DNA from: Thermoplasmata archaeon
GTDB lineage: Archaea; Thermoplasmatota; Thermoplasmata; Lutacidiplasmatales; UBA184
DNA: 64,000 nt
Reading direction: 5' to 3'
NCBI GenBank assembly: GCA_022750435.1
Contig: JAKIVS010000006.1
Coordinates: 36,732 to 100,731 of the forward strand
In this document: in pieces, positions 43,001-49,926 of the stretch
Numbering within the stretch: the first letter of the stretch is position 1
Layout of the letters: every line of letters begins with the position of its first letter
The notes under the pieces: model-generated
The model's database searches: none
What the model was told of the DNA's origin: nothing
What the model saw: only the letters and a program-made list of their open reading frames with translations
Translations under genes and position numbers: made by a program

Positions 43001-44621
43001 CACCTTCGTCCCTCTGACCCATCCGGTCACGTACGTCGCGGACTGGCCCGGCGGATCGCCGTACGCGACGATTAACGGCACCTACCTGGGGCAGGACGAC
43101 ACCGTTTGGCTCGCCAACGGCACCTACTCGCTCTCGGCGGTCCTCGGCTCTGGCGTTGGCTTCCTCCGGTGGACGTCCTCCTGGGGGTTCCTGAACCTCT
43201 CCTCGCCGCTCAACCTCAGCGGAAACGTCACCGTCACCGGACCGGGGACGGTGTACGCGCTCGGCTCGGTCAACACAAGCGCCGTGGTCGTGCTCGCGTC
43301 GCTGACGCCCTCGGGAGCGACGGTGGTTCCCGGCGGGTCGGTGGACGTGAACGCGACCGCGTACTGCCTCGGCGGCACGCCGTGCCCTCCCGGAGTCACC
43401 TTCGCCTGGACGCTCGTGAATGCCTCCGCGGGCACCCTGAACAGCTCGACGGGGAGCCACGTCCGGTTCACGGGGGCGAACGTCACCGCCACCACGGGCC
43501 TCTACGTGAACGCGACACTCAACGGCACCACGGTCGAGAGCGGCATCACCTCGATTTCGGTGGTCCCTGCCCTCACCGACGCGTCCGTCACACCGGCGAA
43601 CACCTCGATCTTCGCTGGAGAGAGCGTCGGGATCCGGGTCGGCCTCAACTGCACGAACGCGGTCCCGTGCCCGCCCGGAGCGAACATCGCCCCGTCCCTC
43701 TTCGACCCGTCGCTCGGATTCCTCGGCTCGAACGAGACGTACCCAATCACCTTCACCTCGTACGCCGGGGAGGTCGGCACGGAGGATGTGATCGTCAACG
43801 TCTCCCTGAACGGTGCGACGTTCACGCCCTATGCGGTGGTGAGCATCGTCCTGCCGCTCCTGACCTCGGTGGACGTCGGCCCGACGTCGTTGACGACCGC
43901 GGAAGGGACCACAGGGAACTTCACGGCCACCGCCTCCTGCTCCGATGGCCTCGGCTGCCCGTCGGGAACCGTGTTCACCTGGTCGCTCGCCCCGGACACC
44001 CTCGGTGCGCTCAGCGCGACGACCGGTCCCACGGTCGAGTTCACCGCCGGAATGGCCGCCGCCACGGGGACCATCGACGTCTCCGGAACCCTGAACGGCG
44101 TGACGGTCGCTGCGGGCACGACCCCGATCACGGTGACGGCCTCGACGGTCGTCGCGGCCCTGGTCGGCGTCACGATCTCGCCCACGACGCTCTCCATCGC
44201 GGTCGGGGCCCTCGGCCAGTTCACCGCCGTGCCGGCCTGCTCGCCGAGCCCATGTCCTGCGGGAGTCTCCATCGCCTGGTCGGTCACGGGGAACGTCGGG
44301 ACCCTCTCCAACCCGTCCGGCACGACCACGAACCTGACGGGCGCCTTCGCCGGTCAGGGCGAGCTGTTCGCGAACGCCACCTGGAACGGGAAGACGATCT
44401 CCGCGATCCCCGCGGACATCACGGTGACCTCGAACGGCGGAACCTCGGGCACGCCGATTGACCAGAACCCGCTCCTCTGGATCGCGCTGGTCGTGGTGGC
44501 GGTCGTGGTCATCGCGGCCGTGCTATTGATGCGGCGCAAGCCGTCGGCGACGACGGCCACCCCCCCCACGGATGCGAGCGGGTCCGCGGCAGGGCCGGAC
44601 GGCGCGACGGCCGAGAGATAG
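40080..44621 (+). CDS. 1513-aa surface glycoprotein: uncharacterised N-terminal globular domain, InlB-B-repeat-like modules, four Ig-like repeats, C-terminal TM anchor
   Basis: Signal/anchor LGALLLVVAVAAIAVASYAAV. At least five modules carry the aromatic-x-W signature (FAGWVTS, FTGWYSS, FETWSGG, FSNWTVS, FLRWTSS). Four tandem 96-aa repeats each have a conserved Cys pair. C-terminal LLWIALVVVAVVVIAAVLL + MRRK, with dense sequons throughout. Confidence 0.75.
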   Translation: MTFGRPSGSTFRRTRLGALLLVVAVAAIAVASYAAVPAAADVSAGSPSAHSSAKGVTPTPAKVAGAVPHPSSVPARVAPTSWTSPHVAFHVAGPHPASWGGATPPGAPMPVISSGSGSGGYNYSGLYQRCYGVWPTEGGQSQYWDNCYGHDEPGIAPYSNLPGSGGNVTWQIQLPVDRGPTENQSNLYSAIWFGLTLNDPYAWMNQCFLELQFYPDASWSVPFGTVDGLWVGAAVAWQIQASTGAEDPCYYSPLMLQGSAGSFFSMTQGDKINVTMTGWTGSATGENLTITDGTSGQVSSLTLFNSTANYPIDPAYSTNSWSNSLWWTPGGETPVSFAFETGHAGNPTVPENNDFGGCSPGAPPPTLANGAVPCPSYDPGDWANDTLTPWEIAPPTFFNSAERASTTQVGFTQDLGGLAFIDGSDVFGSFPYTCLGHETSAYCSYPWYSYSCAEGAYNFGATDYGTSPTTVDFGKATEFTARLTTNAAGLGYYTPANQTVPACGSLTGTVSIGAVLGVSVSFLNATVASGIESFPNVPLGNYSISAWGPRGETFAGWVTSPGLSVANAADPYTNLHVSGAGGSILPSFTSSPPSVLLTNVTFDSSTPGAAVSFVPGFASSAFGDGWVNGTQELPAGSTLPLGPGLYSLQAQPPSGYNFTGWYSSNPSAVTFSAPDFPATILHVVTGGQNVTVNASYAPTASIATVIVFTLAPGDTITLNGTNYSTLSEVVLPVGTYPLSFQAGPGARFETWSGGGSEILTNFSASTWVTFEEGFSELEAVDYAIQSVTLNDSGGHGTIAWDPAANLSTVAVPSGTPLTVNVSETVFPGFPLVAIPIGGYAFSNWTVSNASLASFQNPLAYSTEVIFNASGTAPLTITANYVVGSSANLSLYVAPPAGGALTVGYSTPLANGTSLSVATGDLNVVAWPNAGYVVGTLTANNGSTVSLLQSASPTSRPWAPSEWIVDVAGDTQLHATFVPLTHPVTYVADWPGGSPYATINGTYLGQDDTVWLANGTYSLSAVLGSGVGFLRWTSSWGFLNLSSPLNLSGNVTVTGPGTVYALGSVNTSAVVVLASLTPSGATVVPGGSVDVNATAYCLGGTPCPPGVTFAWTLVNASAGTLNSSTGSHVRFTGANVTATTGLYVNATLNGTTVESGITSISVVPALTDASVTPANTSIFAGESVGIRVGLNCTNAVPCPPGANIAPSLFDPSLGFLGSNETYPITFTSYAGEVGTEDVIVNVSLNGATFTPYAVVSIVLPLLTSVDVGPTSLTTAEGTTGNFTATASCSDGLGCPSGTVFTWSLAPDTLGALSATTGPTVEFTAGMAAATGTIDVSGTLNGVTVAAGTTPITVTASTVVAALVGVTISPTTLSIAVGALGQFTAVPACSPSPCPAGVSIAWSVTGNVGTLSNPSGTTTNLTGAFAGQGELFANATWNGKTISAIPADITVTSNGGTSGTPIDQNPLLWIALVVVAVVVIAAVLLMRRKPSATTATPPTDASGSAAGPDGATAER
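43281..44432 (+). repeat. four tandem in-frame ~288-nt coding repeats (Ig/BIG2-like domains with C-x(4-6)-C-P-x-G)
   Basis: Units start at 43281, 43569, 43857 and 44145. Each encodes ..(S/T).P....(V/I)..G......A...C......CP(P/S/A)G......W(T/S)L.....G.L...........F....... The DNA is diverged but the period is conserved. Confidence 0.7.
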
Positions 44622-44658
44622 ATCGAGCGCGCCGTCCCGCGGTCGGTTCCCGGAGCGC

Positions 44659-46389
44659 CTAGGCGGCGAGGGCCGTCGGCGGACGGAGCGGGGGACGAAT
44701 CTCCTCGCCCGCCGACTCGGTCGGTCCGCCGGTCGACGCCACGCGGAGGTCGACGACCTCCTCGTAGGTCTCGAGGAGCCGGCGAGACGCCTTCGCGCCG
44801 ACCCATCCGGCCGACTCCAATTCACGCAGGCCGGCGGCGAGCCGCATCGCGAAGTCGGGGTCCGTGAGGACGTCGGCCCCCCGCACGATTTCGAACGCGG
44901 CGTGGGCGAGCCAGGGGTCGGTGGCGAGCCCGTCCTCGAGCGTGCGGCGCAGAGCCCCGTCGAACTGGGCGGTCCGTGGCTCGAGCGGCGAGACGGCGCC
45001 GCCGAACCACCCCTTCAGCAGCGCGCCGAACCGGGGGTTCGCGCCGACCTGCATCGGCGGGAAGACGACCATGCGCACCCCCTTGGGGCCGCGCAGCATC
45101 CCCATCCACAGCGGGAACCAGAGGACCTTGACGGGCGGAAGGTCGCGGGTCGGGAGGAAGTACTGCGCGAGGAGCTCGCGCTGGCGCTCGCGGGCGGCGA
45201 GATGGCCGGAGAGGGCGTCGACGACGTCGGTCCCGACCCCGGAGAGCTCGTCGCGGAACAGCTCACGACCGGCGAGGAGCTCCGCCTCCTGGTGCTCGAC
45301 CGCGGTCACGCGGCCCGTGAGGGCGACGACGGCGGCGCGTTCGCGTTCGTGGAGGGCCTCCAAGCGCTCCAGGGACTCGCGGATCGCCCGGTGGGCGTCC
45401 CGGACCTCGGCGGCGGCCCGCCGGCCCCGCGCCAGGTGGGGGGCGGCGTCGCCGCGGCGGTGGGACGTGCGTTCGGCGAGGACGTCGGCGGTCCTCTGCT
45501 CGATGTTCCCCTTGGCGACGCCGGCCTGGCCGACGCGCACGACCTCGGATTCCCGCCGGACCTCGGCTTGGACGGAGGCGTGGAACCGGTCGGACTCCCG
45601 GGTGAGCTCGGCGCGCGCCTTCTCGAGGCGGCTCTCCCCGTCGTGACGGCGTTCGTCGGTCTCGTCGTCCACGGCGAGCAGGGCACCGCCGAGCCGCTCG
45701 GCGACCTTCGCCTTCAGGCTCTCGAGCCGCTGGAGGTCGAGGGAGAAGCGCGTCATCCACCGCCCCATCTGCTCCACGGCCGCGCCGTACCACTCGTAAT
45801 CGTGGCGCGCGGGCAGGAAACCCGGGTGCGCGGACTGGGGAGGTCGGCTGAACTCGGCCTGGCCGATCACGTCGAACAGGAGGGGAGGCTCGACCGGCAG
45901 GAACCCCTCGACGGTGAGCACCTCCGCGCCCGGGTCCTCCGCGAAGCTCGGGCGAAGGCCGGTCAGCGTCCGGAGCAGCTCCGGCGGGGTCGCCGGGGCG
46001 TCGAGCAGGGCATGGATTGGGGTCAGGTCCGGCAGGATCGACTGACGGAAGGTGCGACGCCAGACTCCGGTGCCGTCGAAGATGGCGATCCGGCCGGCGG
46101 TCGGCGCCTTCTGGACCACGAGCGGCCAGTAGACGTTCGCCACCGCTTCGACCGTTTCGCTGGGGCCGAGCCGGAGCCGTTGGGCGAGGCCGGACCGCTC
46201 GGCCTCGACGCCGGCCAGGATCGTGGCGAGCACGACCGCCTCGGGGAGTTCCCTCCGCTCGCCGGCGTCGTCGACGCCCATCGCGAATCCGAGGGTGACC
46301 TCGCTCGGCTCCTCCTGGGGGGCACGCGGGGGGGCGATGCGCGGGAGGGGGGACCGGGCGCTTCGGCTCACCGGTGGAACGACAGACAT
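44659..46389 (-). CDS. orphan 576-aa protein with central coiled coil and duplicated YWPL/LWFPLW modules
   Basis: The leaderless ATG 46389 lies about 26 nt downstream of a minus-strand TTTATA. The middle 200 aa or so is Arg/Glu/Ala-rich heptad-like sequence. I recognise no family. Confidence 0.6.
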   Translation of the reverse strand: MSVVPPVSRSARSPLPRIAPPRAPQEEPSEVTLGFAMGVDDAGERRELPEAVVLATILAGVEAERSGLAQRLRLGPSETVEAVANVYWPLVVQKAPTAGRIAIFDGTGVWRRTFRQSILPDLTPIHALLDAPATPPELLRTLTGLRPSFAEDPGAEVLTVEGFLPVEPPLLFDVIGQAEFSRPPQSAHPGFLPARHDYEWYGAAVEQMGRWMTRFSLDLQRLESLKAKVAERLGGALLAVDDETDERRHDGESRLEKARAELTRESDRFHASVQAEVRRESEVVRVGQAGVAKGNIEQRTADVLAERTSHRRGDAAPHLARGRRAAAEVRDAHRAIRESLERLEALHERERAAVVALTGRVTAVEHQEAELLAGRELFRDELSGVGTDVVDALSGHLAARERQRELLAQYFLPTRDLPPVKVLWFPLWMGMLRGPKGVRMVVFPPMQVGANPRFGALLKGWFGGAVSPLEPRTAQFDGALRRTLEDGLATDPWLAHAAFEIVRGADVLTDPDFAMRLAAGLRELESAGWVGAKASRRLLETYEEVVDLRVASTGGPTESAGEEIRPPLRPPTALAA

Positions 46390-46410
46390 CGGAGGAACGA
46401 GGTTTCTCAA

Positions 46411-46424
46411 TACGTATAAACCCG
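46411..46424 (-). promoter_or_regulatory. TATA box (GGGTTTATACGTA on the minus strand)
   Basis: TATAAA at 46415-46420 on the plus strand equals TTTATA on the minus strand, 25-30 nt upstream of ATG 46389. Confidence 0.5.
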
Positions 46425-46444
46425 CACTCCAAGTCGCGCGGGTT
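46419..46444 (-). terminator. 7-bp stem hairpin AACCCGC-N12-GCGGGTT followed by a T-rich tract on the minus strand
   Basis: It lies between the zinc-finger ORF stop (46457) and the next promoter. On the minus strand the stem is followed by TTTATAC. Confidence 0.25.
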
Positions 46445-46456
46445 CCGTGTCGGGCG

Positions 46457-46591
46457 CTACCCGAGGGAGGAGCCGCACCGCGGACAGTTGGGAGCCATCC
46501 CCGAGGATCGGCCGGCCCGGTCGTCGGACCAGCCGCACTTCGGGCAGGTGCCCGCGGGAGCCCGGAGGCGGCCGGAGATCCAGGCGATCAT
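46457..46591 (-). CDS. candidate CPxCG zinc-finger micro-protein (44 aa)
   Basis: MIAWISGRLRAPAGTCPKCGWSDDRAGRSSGMAPNCPRCGSSLG carries two CPxCG knuckles, the hallmark of small archaeal zinc-finger proteins. A longer start at 46654 is possible. Confidence 0.4.
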   Translation of the reverse strand: MIAWISGRLRAPAGTCPKCGWSDDRAGRSSGMAPNCPRCGSSLG

Positions 46592-46687
46592 CCGGCCGTG
46601 CCAGGCGGTCCAGCGGCTCGGCGACGCGGCGTCCGAACGCGATCCGTCGCCCACCGGCCGGCCTGTTCGCGCGCCGTACGATCGGCC

Positions 46688-46939
46688 CTAGCCGTACGTG
46701 ATGACCGACCCGTCGAGAACGCGCTTCGAGACCGTGGCCAGCGAGATCTCCTCATCGAGGTCCAGGTGCCGAAAGATCATCGACTCGAGACCGACCCGGA
46801 TGACCTGTCCCTCGACCACCGGTTGTTCCCGACCGTCGTCGTCGAGGAAGACGAGGCCGACGGTCTGGTCCAGACCCACGAAGCGGGTGAGGTCCTCGCG
46901 CGCCGCGTTCGCCCGTCTCGAGTCGCCGTAGCCGGTCAT
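46688..46939 (-). CDS. hypothetical small protein (83 aa)
   Basis: MTGYGDSRR...VGLVFLDDDGREQPVVEGQVIRVGLESMIFRHLDLDEEISLATVSKRVLDGSVITYG looks like a beta-rich small domain. The track ORF is longer, and ATG 46939 removes a low-complexity leader. Confidence 0.4.
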   Translation of the reverse strand: MTGYGDSRRANAAREDLTRFVGLDQTVGLVFLDDDGREQPVVEGQVIRVGLESMIFRHLDLDEEISLATVSKRVLDGSVITYG

Positions 46940-47051
46940 GGCGGCCCCAAGGGCGGCGGCCTTAGAACGCTTGGGGCCGTCGGGAGGGCACCGACCCGGG
47001 CTTCGGTCACGGTGCGGTAGTTCTGGTTCCTCGCCCGTTCGGCGTTCGAGC

Positions 47052-47363
47052 ATGGCTCGCCGCGTGGTTCGTGCCCTTTCGGTCGCCTCGGTCGCCGCGG
47101 CGATTTCGGGATTCCTTCTCGTCCTCCAAGGATTGGTCCTCCTCAGCGACGTGACTTCTCGGGCCAGTCACATCGGATTCCCTCCTGGGTGCCGCGGATA
47201 TCGGTGCGCGGTGACGGGCCTACCGGGCCTCGGCGCGGAGTACACCCGGGCCGTGCAGTTCGAGGTGTCGGGCGAGGTCCTGCTGGTCGCAGGGGTGGCG
47301 CTTCTCCTGATGGCAATCGCGTTGGAGTTCGGCCGGCGCCGGGCACGGGACGCTCGCGGGTAG
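47052..47363 (+). CDS. hypothetical two-TM membrane protein
   Basis: MARRVVRALSVASVAAAISGFLLVLQGLVLL ... LLVAGVALLLMAIALEF + GRRRARDARG. Confidence 0.45.
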   Translation: MARRVVRALSVASVAAAISGFLLVLQGLVLLSDVTSRASHIGFPPGCRGYRCAVTGLPGLGAEYTRAVQFEVSGEVLLVAGVALLLMAIALEFGRRRARDARG

Positions 47364-47508
47364 CCCTCCCACGCCGAACCTCCGGACCTCCCCCGCCGAT
47401 GAAGCTATCCGAGTCGGGCGGTCGAGCGAACGGGCGGTACCACTGCCGGTCGATCCGAACGGCCTCGCGTACGACCTCGTCGGCGACGGGACCGAACCGA
47501 TCGTTCTC

Positions 47509-48258
47509 GTGCACGGGTCCTGGTCCGACCGCCGCGGGTGGGACCCCCTACTTCCGGTGTTCTCCGACGCCTTGCGGACGCTGGTCTACGACCGTCGCGG
47601 CCACGGGGAGAGCGCGGCTCTCCCCGGGATGCGGTCGGTCGCGTGGGAGGCCGACGAGCTGGGGGAGCTGCTCGTCGCCGCCGACCACTTCCCGGCGCAC
47701 GTTCTCGGGATCTCCTACGGAGCGGCGGTCGCCCTGTCGCTCGCGGTGCGGAGGCCGGAGCTGATCCGGAGCCTGATCGTCCACGAACCGCCTCTCGTCG
47801 CCTGGCCCCCCGTCGAGGAGAATCCGGAGGTCCGCTCCGCCCGCACCCAACTCGACGCGTTCGCGAAGCGCGCCCGGACCGAGAACTCCGACGTCGCGGC
47901 CCGGGAGTTCGCGGAACAGTTCGTGACGGTCCCCGGAGGGTTCGACCGGTGGCCGACCGCGACGCAGGAGGCGTTCCGCACGGGGGCCCGCACGTGGCCC
48001 GACGAGCTCGGCGCCCTCGAGCGCGCCGACCTCGACCCCGGCCTACTCGGAGGGATCGACCTCCCCGTCTTGCTCACGCACGGGGAAGTAAGCCCCCCGT
48101 ACCTCGGCCGGATCGCGCGCTCGGTGGTGGAGTCGATGCCGAACGTGACCCTCCGCAGTCTTCCCGGGGCCGGCCACTTCCCGCACGTCACCCACCCGGC
48201 GCTGTTCGGCGGGACGGTCCTCGCCTTTGCTCTGGAGCGCGACGTCCCCGTGCACTAG
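47509..48258 (+). CDS. alpha/beta hydrolase fold protein (N-terminus probably incomplete as called)
   Basis: HGSWSD.., the nucleophile elbow-like GISYGAAVAL and a C-terminal GAGHFPHVTHP. The conserved N-terminal strand VDPNGLAYDLVGDGTEPIVLV is encoded in-frame upstream of GTG 47509 but has no canonical start. Confidence 0.7.
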   Translation: MHGSWSDRRGWDPLLPVFSDALRTLVYDRRGHGESAALPGMRSVAWEADELGELLVAADHFPAHVLGISYGAAVALSLAVRRPELIRSLIVHEPPLVAWPPVEENPEVRSARTQLDAFAKRARTENSDVAAREFAEQFVTVPGGFDRWPTATQEAFRTGARTWPDELGALERADLDPGLLGGIDLPVLLTHGEVSPPYLGRIARSVVESMPNVTLRSLPGAGHFPHVTHPALFGGTVLAFALERDVPVH

Positions 48259-48278
48259 GGCGGCGAGCCCTCGGGGAG

Positions 48279-48830
48279 CTAGGTCGAGTGCGCCCGTCGA
48301 CGGAAATCCTCACGGACCGTGAGGGCCGACGGTGCTTCAGCAAGTCGGCGGATCTCGTCGCCCGCCTGGAGGATGCCGGTGGCGCGAACACCGAGGTAGA
48401 ACCCGGACCGCTCGTTCGCGAGCATCCGGTCGATCATGTCGTCGCGCTGGAACCGGGCATTGAGCTTGACGCACGGGAGGCGGGGGCGGGTCACGACGAG
48501 CTCGGCGCTCCCGATCCCCAGCACGTCGCCGATGCGGAGGTCGTCCTCCAAGACACCCTCCACGGTCAGGTTCTCCCCGAAGACGCCGACGGGGAGCGGC
48601 ACGTCGCCGAGCTCTTCCTTCCAGAATGGGTAGTGTTCCCGGGGATAGGCGTACACCGACTTCTGCGGTCCGCCGTGGCCCCGATGGTCGGCGACGTCGT
48701 CGCCCACGAGGCTCTCCGCTCCGACCTCCACGGGTCCCTTGACCGGACGCTTGCGGATCGCGCTCCGCAGCGTCGTGGTCCCGTGCACGAGCGGCTCCGG
48801 CCGGCCGAGGTTCACCGAGACGACCTTCAT
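48279..48830 (-). CDS. MOSC domain protein (YiiM-like)
   Basis: MKVVSVNLGRP...GDDVADHRGHGGPQKSVYAYP..., GENLTVEG and RPRLPCVKLN are MOSC signatures. ATGA overlap with the upstream GNAT gene. Confidence 0.8.
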   Translation of the reverse strand: MKVVSVNLGRPEPLVHGTTTLRSAIRKRPVKGPVEVGAESLVGDDVADHRGHGGPQKSVYAYPREHYPFWKEELGDVPLPVGVFGENLTVEGVLEDDLRIGDVLGIGSAELVVTRPRLPCVKLNARFQRDDMIDRMLANERSGFYLGVRATGILQAGDEIRRLAEAPSALTVREDFRRRAHST

Positions 48831-49390
48831 CGTCGGGTCCCCTTCGGGCGGGGCGCCTCGGCGGCTCGACGTCGTGCGTCGCGGCGGCGTTGCACGGGGT
48901 CGAGCCACAGCCGCATCTCGGTGGTCGACCCGAACCCGAGCCGTTCGTACACGCCGCGGCCCATCGCCGAGGCATGGAGGGAGATCCGGGCGTAGCCGAG
49001 CTCCTTCGCCAGGTCGACGGCCCGGCGAACCGCGGTGGTCGCGACGCCGAGACCCCGGGCGTCGGGCCGGGTGTAGACCGAGAGGATGTACGGGATCTTC
49101 AGGTCGTCAAAGCCCGGACGGGGCTGGCCGGGCTGGAACCAGAGCGCGCCGCTGCCGACCGGGGTTCCGAGCGGATGCTCGACGACCCAGGCCACGACGT
49201 CGGCGCTTCGCAGGCGCGGGCGCAGCCAACGGGCGTACGCCAGAGCGTGGCGGGCGATGGCGCGCGCCGGTCGGTCGCCCATCTCGGTGAACATGGCGAC
49301 CCGGTGCGCCACGAGAAGGTTGATGTCCGCCTCGGTCGCCCGACGCACCGCGAGGCGGACGCGGCGGCGACGGCTCGGTTCGCGAGGCAT
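48827..49390 (-). CDS. GNAT family N-acetyltransferase
   Basis: ..ILSVYTRPDARGLGVATTAVRRAVDLAKELGY.RISLHAS..GRGVYERLGF contains the acetyl-CoA binding motif. The track ORF is over-extended, and ATG 49390 gives a 187-aa GNAT. Confidence 0.75.
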   Translation of the reverse strand: MPREPSRRRRVRLAVRRATEADINLLVAHRVAMFTEMGDRPARAIARHALAYARWLRPRLRSADVVAWVVEHPLGTPVGSGALWFQPGQPRPGFDDLKIPYILSVYTRPDARGLGVATTAVRRAVDLAKELGYARISLHASAMGRGVYERLGFGSTTEMRLWLDPVQRRRDARRRAAEAPRPKGTRR

Positions 49391-49431
49391 CCGAGCGCGA
49401 GACGTCCCGGAGCCCATAACGCCGGGCCCGG

Positions 49432-49926
49432 TCAGTCCAGTTGGCGGCGGAACCGCTCCCGGACCTCGCGGGCGAGTCCGACCAGCCGCTGCGCGTTCGT
49501 CTCGTTGGCCGACTCGACCGCGAGCAGGATCCTCGGCGTGCCGACCCGCAGGACCACGATCCGGCTCGGGTCGCGCTTCGCCACGGGAGCGGCGGTCTTT
49601 CGGCGGGGCTTCGTCCGGTCGCGGAAGTCCATCCGGATGAGGATCCGGCCGAGCGGGTCGGACGGGCCGAGCGATTGTCGGTCCTCGACGGTGCGCCGCC
49701 ACTGGCGAAGTCCCCACGCGCCGCGGGGCCGCTCCACCTCTTCCCACGGACCGAGGACGAGGTCCTGGTAGACGGCGTACTCCTGCGTGCCGCGGAACGC
49801 GAGGTCGATGTAGCCGAGCAGGAACCCGTAGTCGACCGTCCGGTGGTCGACTCCGGTGTAGGGGACGGAAACCTCGGGCGCCGCCGACGCGTCCAGCGGC
49901 GGACTCCGGTCGCCGCCCACCGTCAC
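49432..49926 (-). CDS. orphan 164-aa protein translationally coupled to AIM24 paralog 3
   Basis: GTG 49926 overlaps the AIM24-3 stop (GTGA). It lies in the frame of track ORF 49432..50592, and I recognise no family. Confidence 0.45.
   Translation of the reverse strand: MTVGGDRSPPLDASAAPEVSVPYTGVDHRTVDYGFLLGYIDLAFRGTQEYAVYQDLVLGPWEEVERPRGAWGLRQWRRTVEDRQSLGPSDPLGRILIRMDFRDRTKPRRKTAAPVAKRDPSRIVVLRVGTPRILLAVESANETNAQRLVGLAREVRERFRRQLD

Noticed and set aside
43281-44432. Regularly spaced repeats that could be mistaken for a CRISPR-like or satellite array.
   Set aside because: The period is 288 nt, the units are in-frame inside a long CDS, and the units are diverged at the DNA level. They are protein domain repeats.
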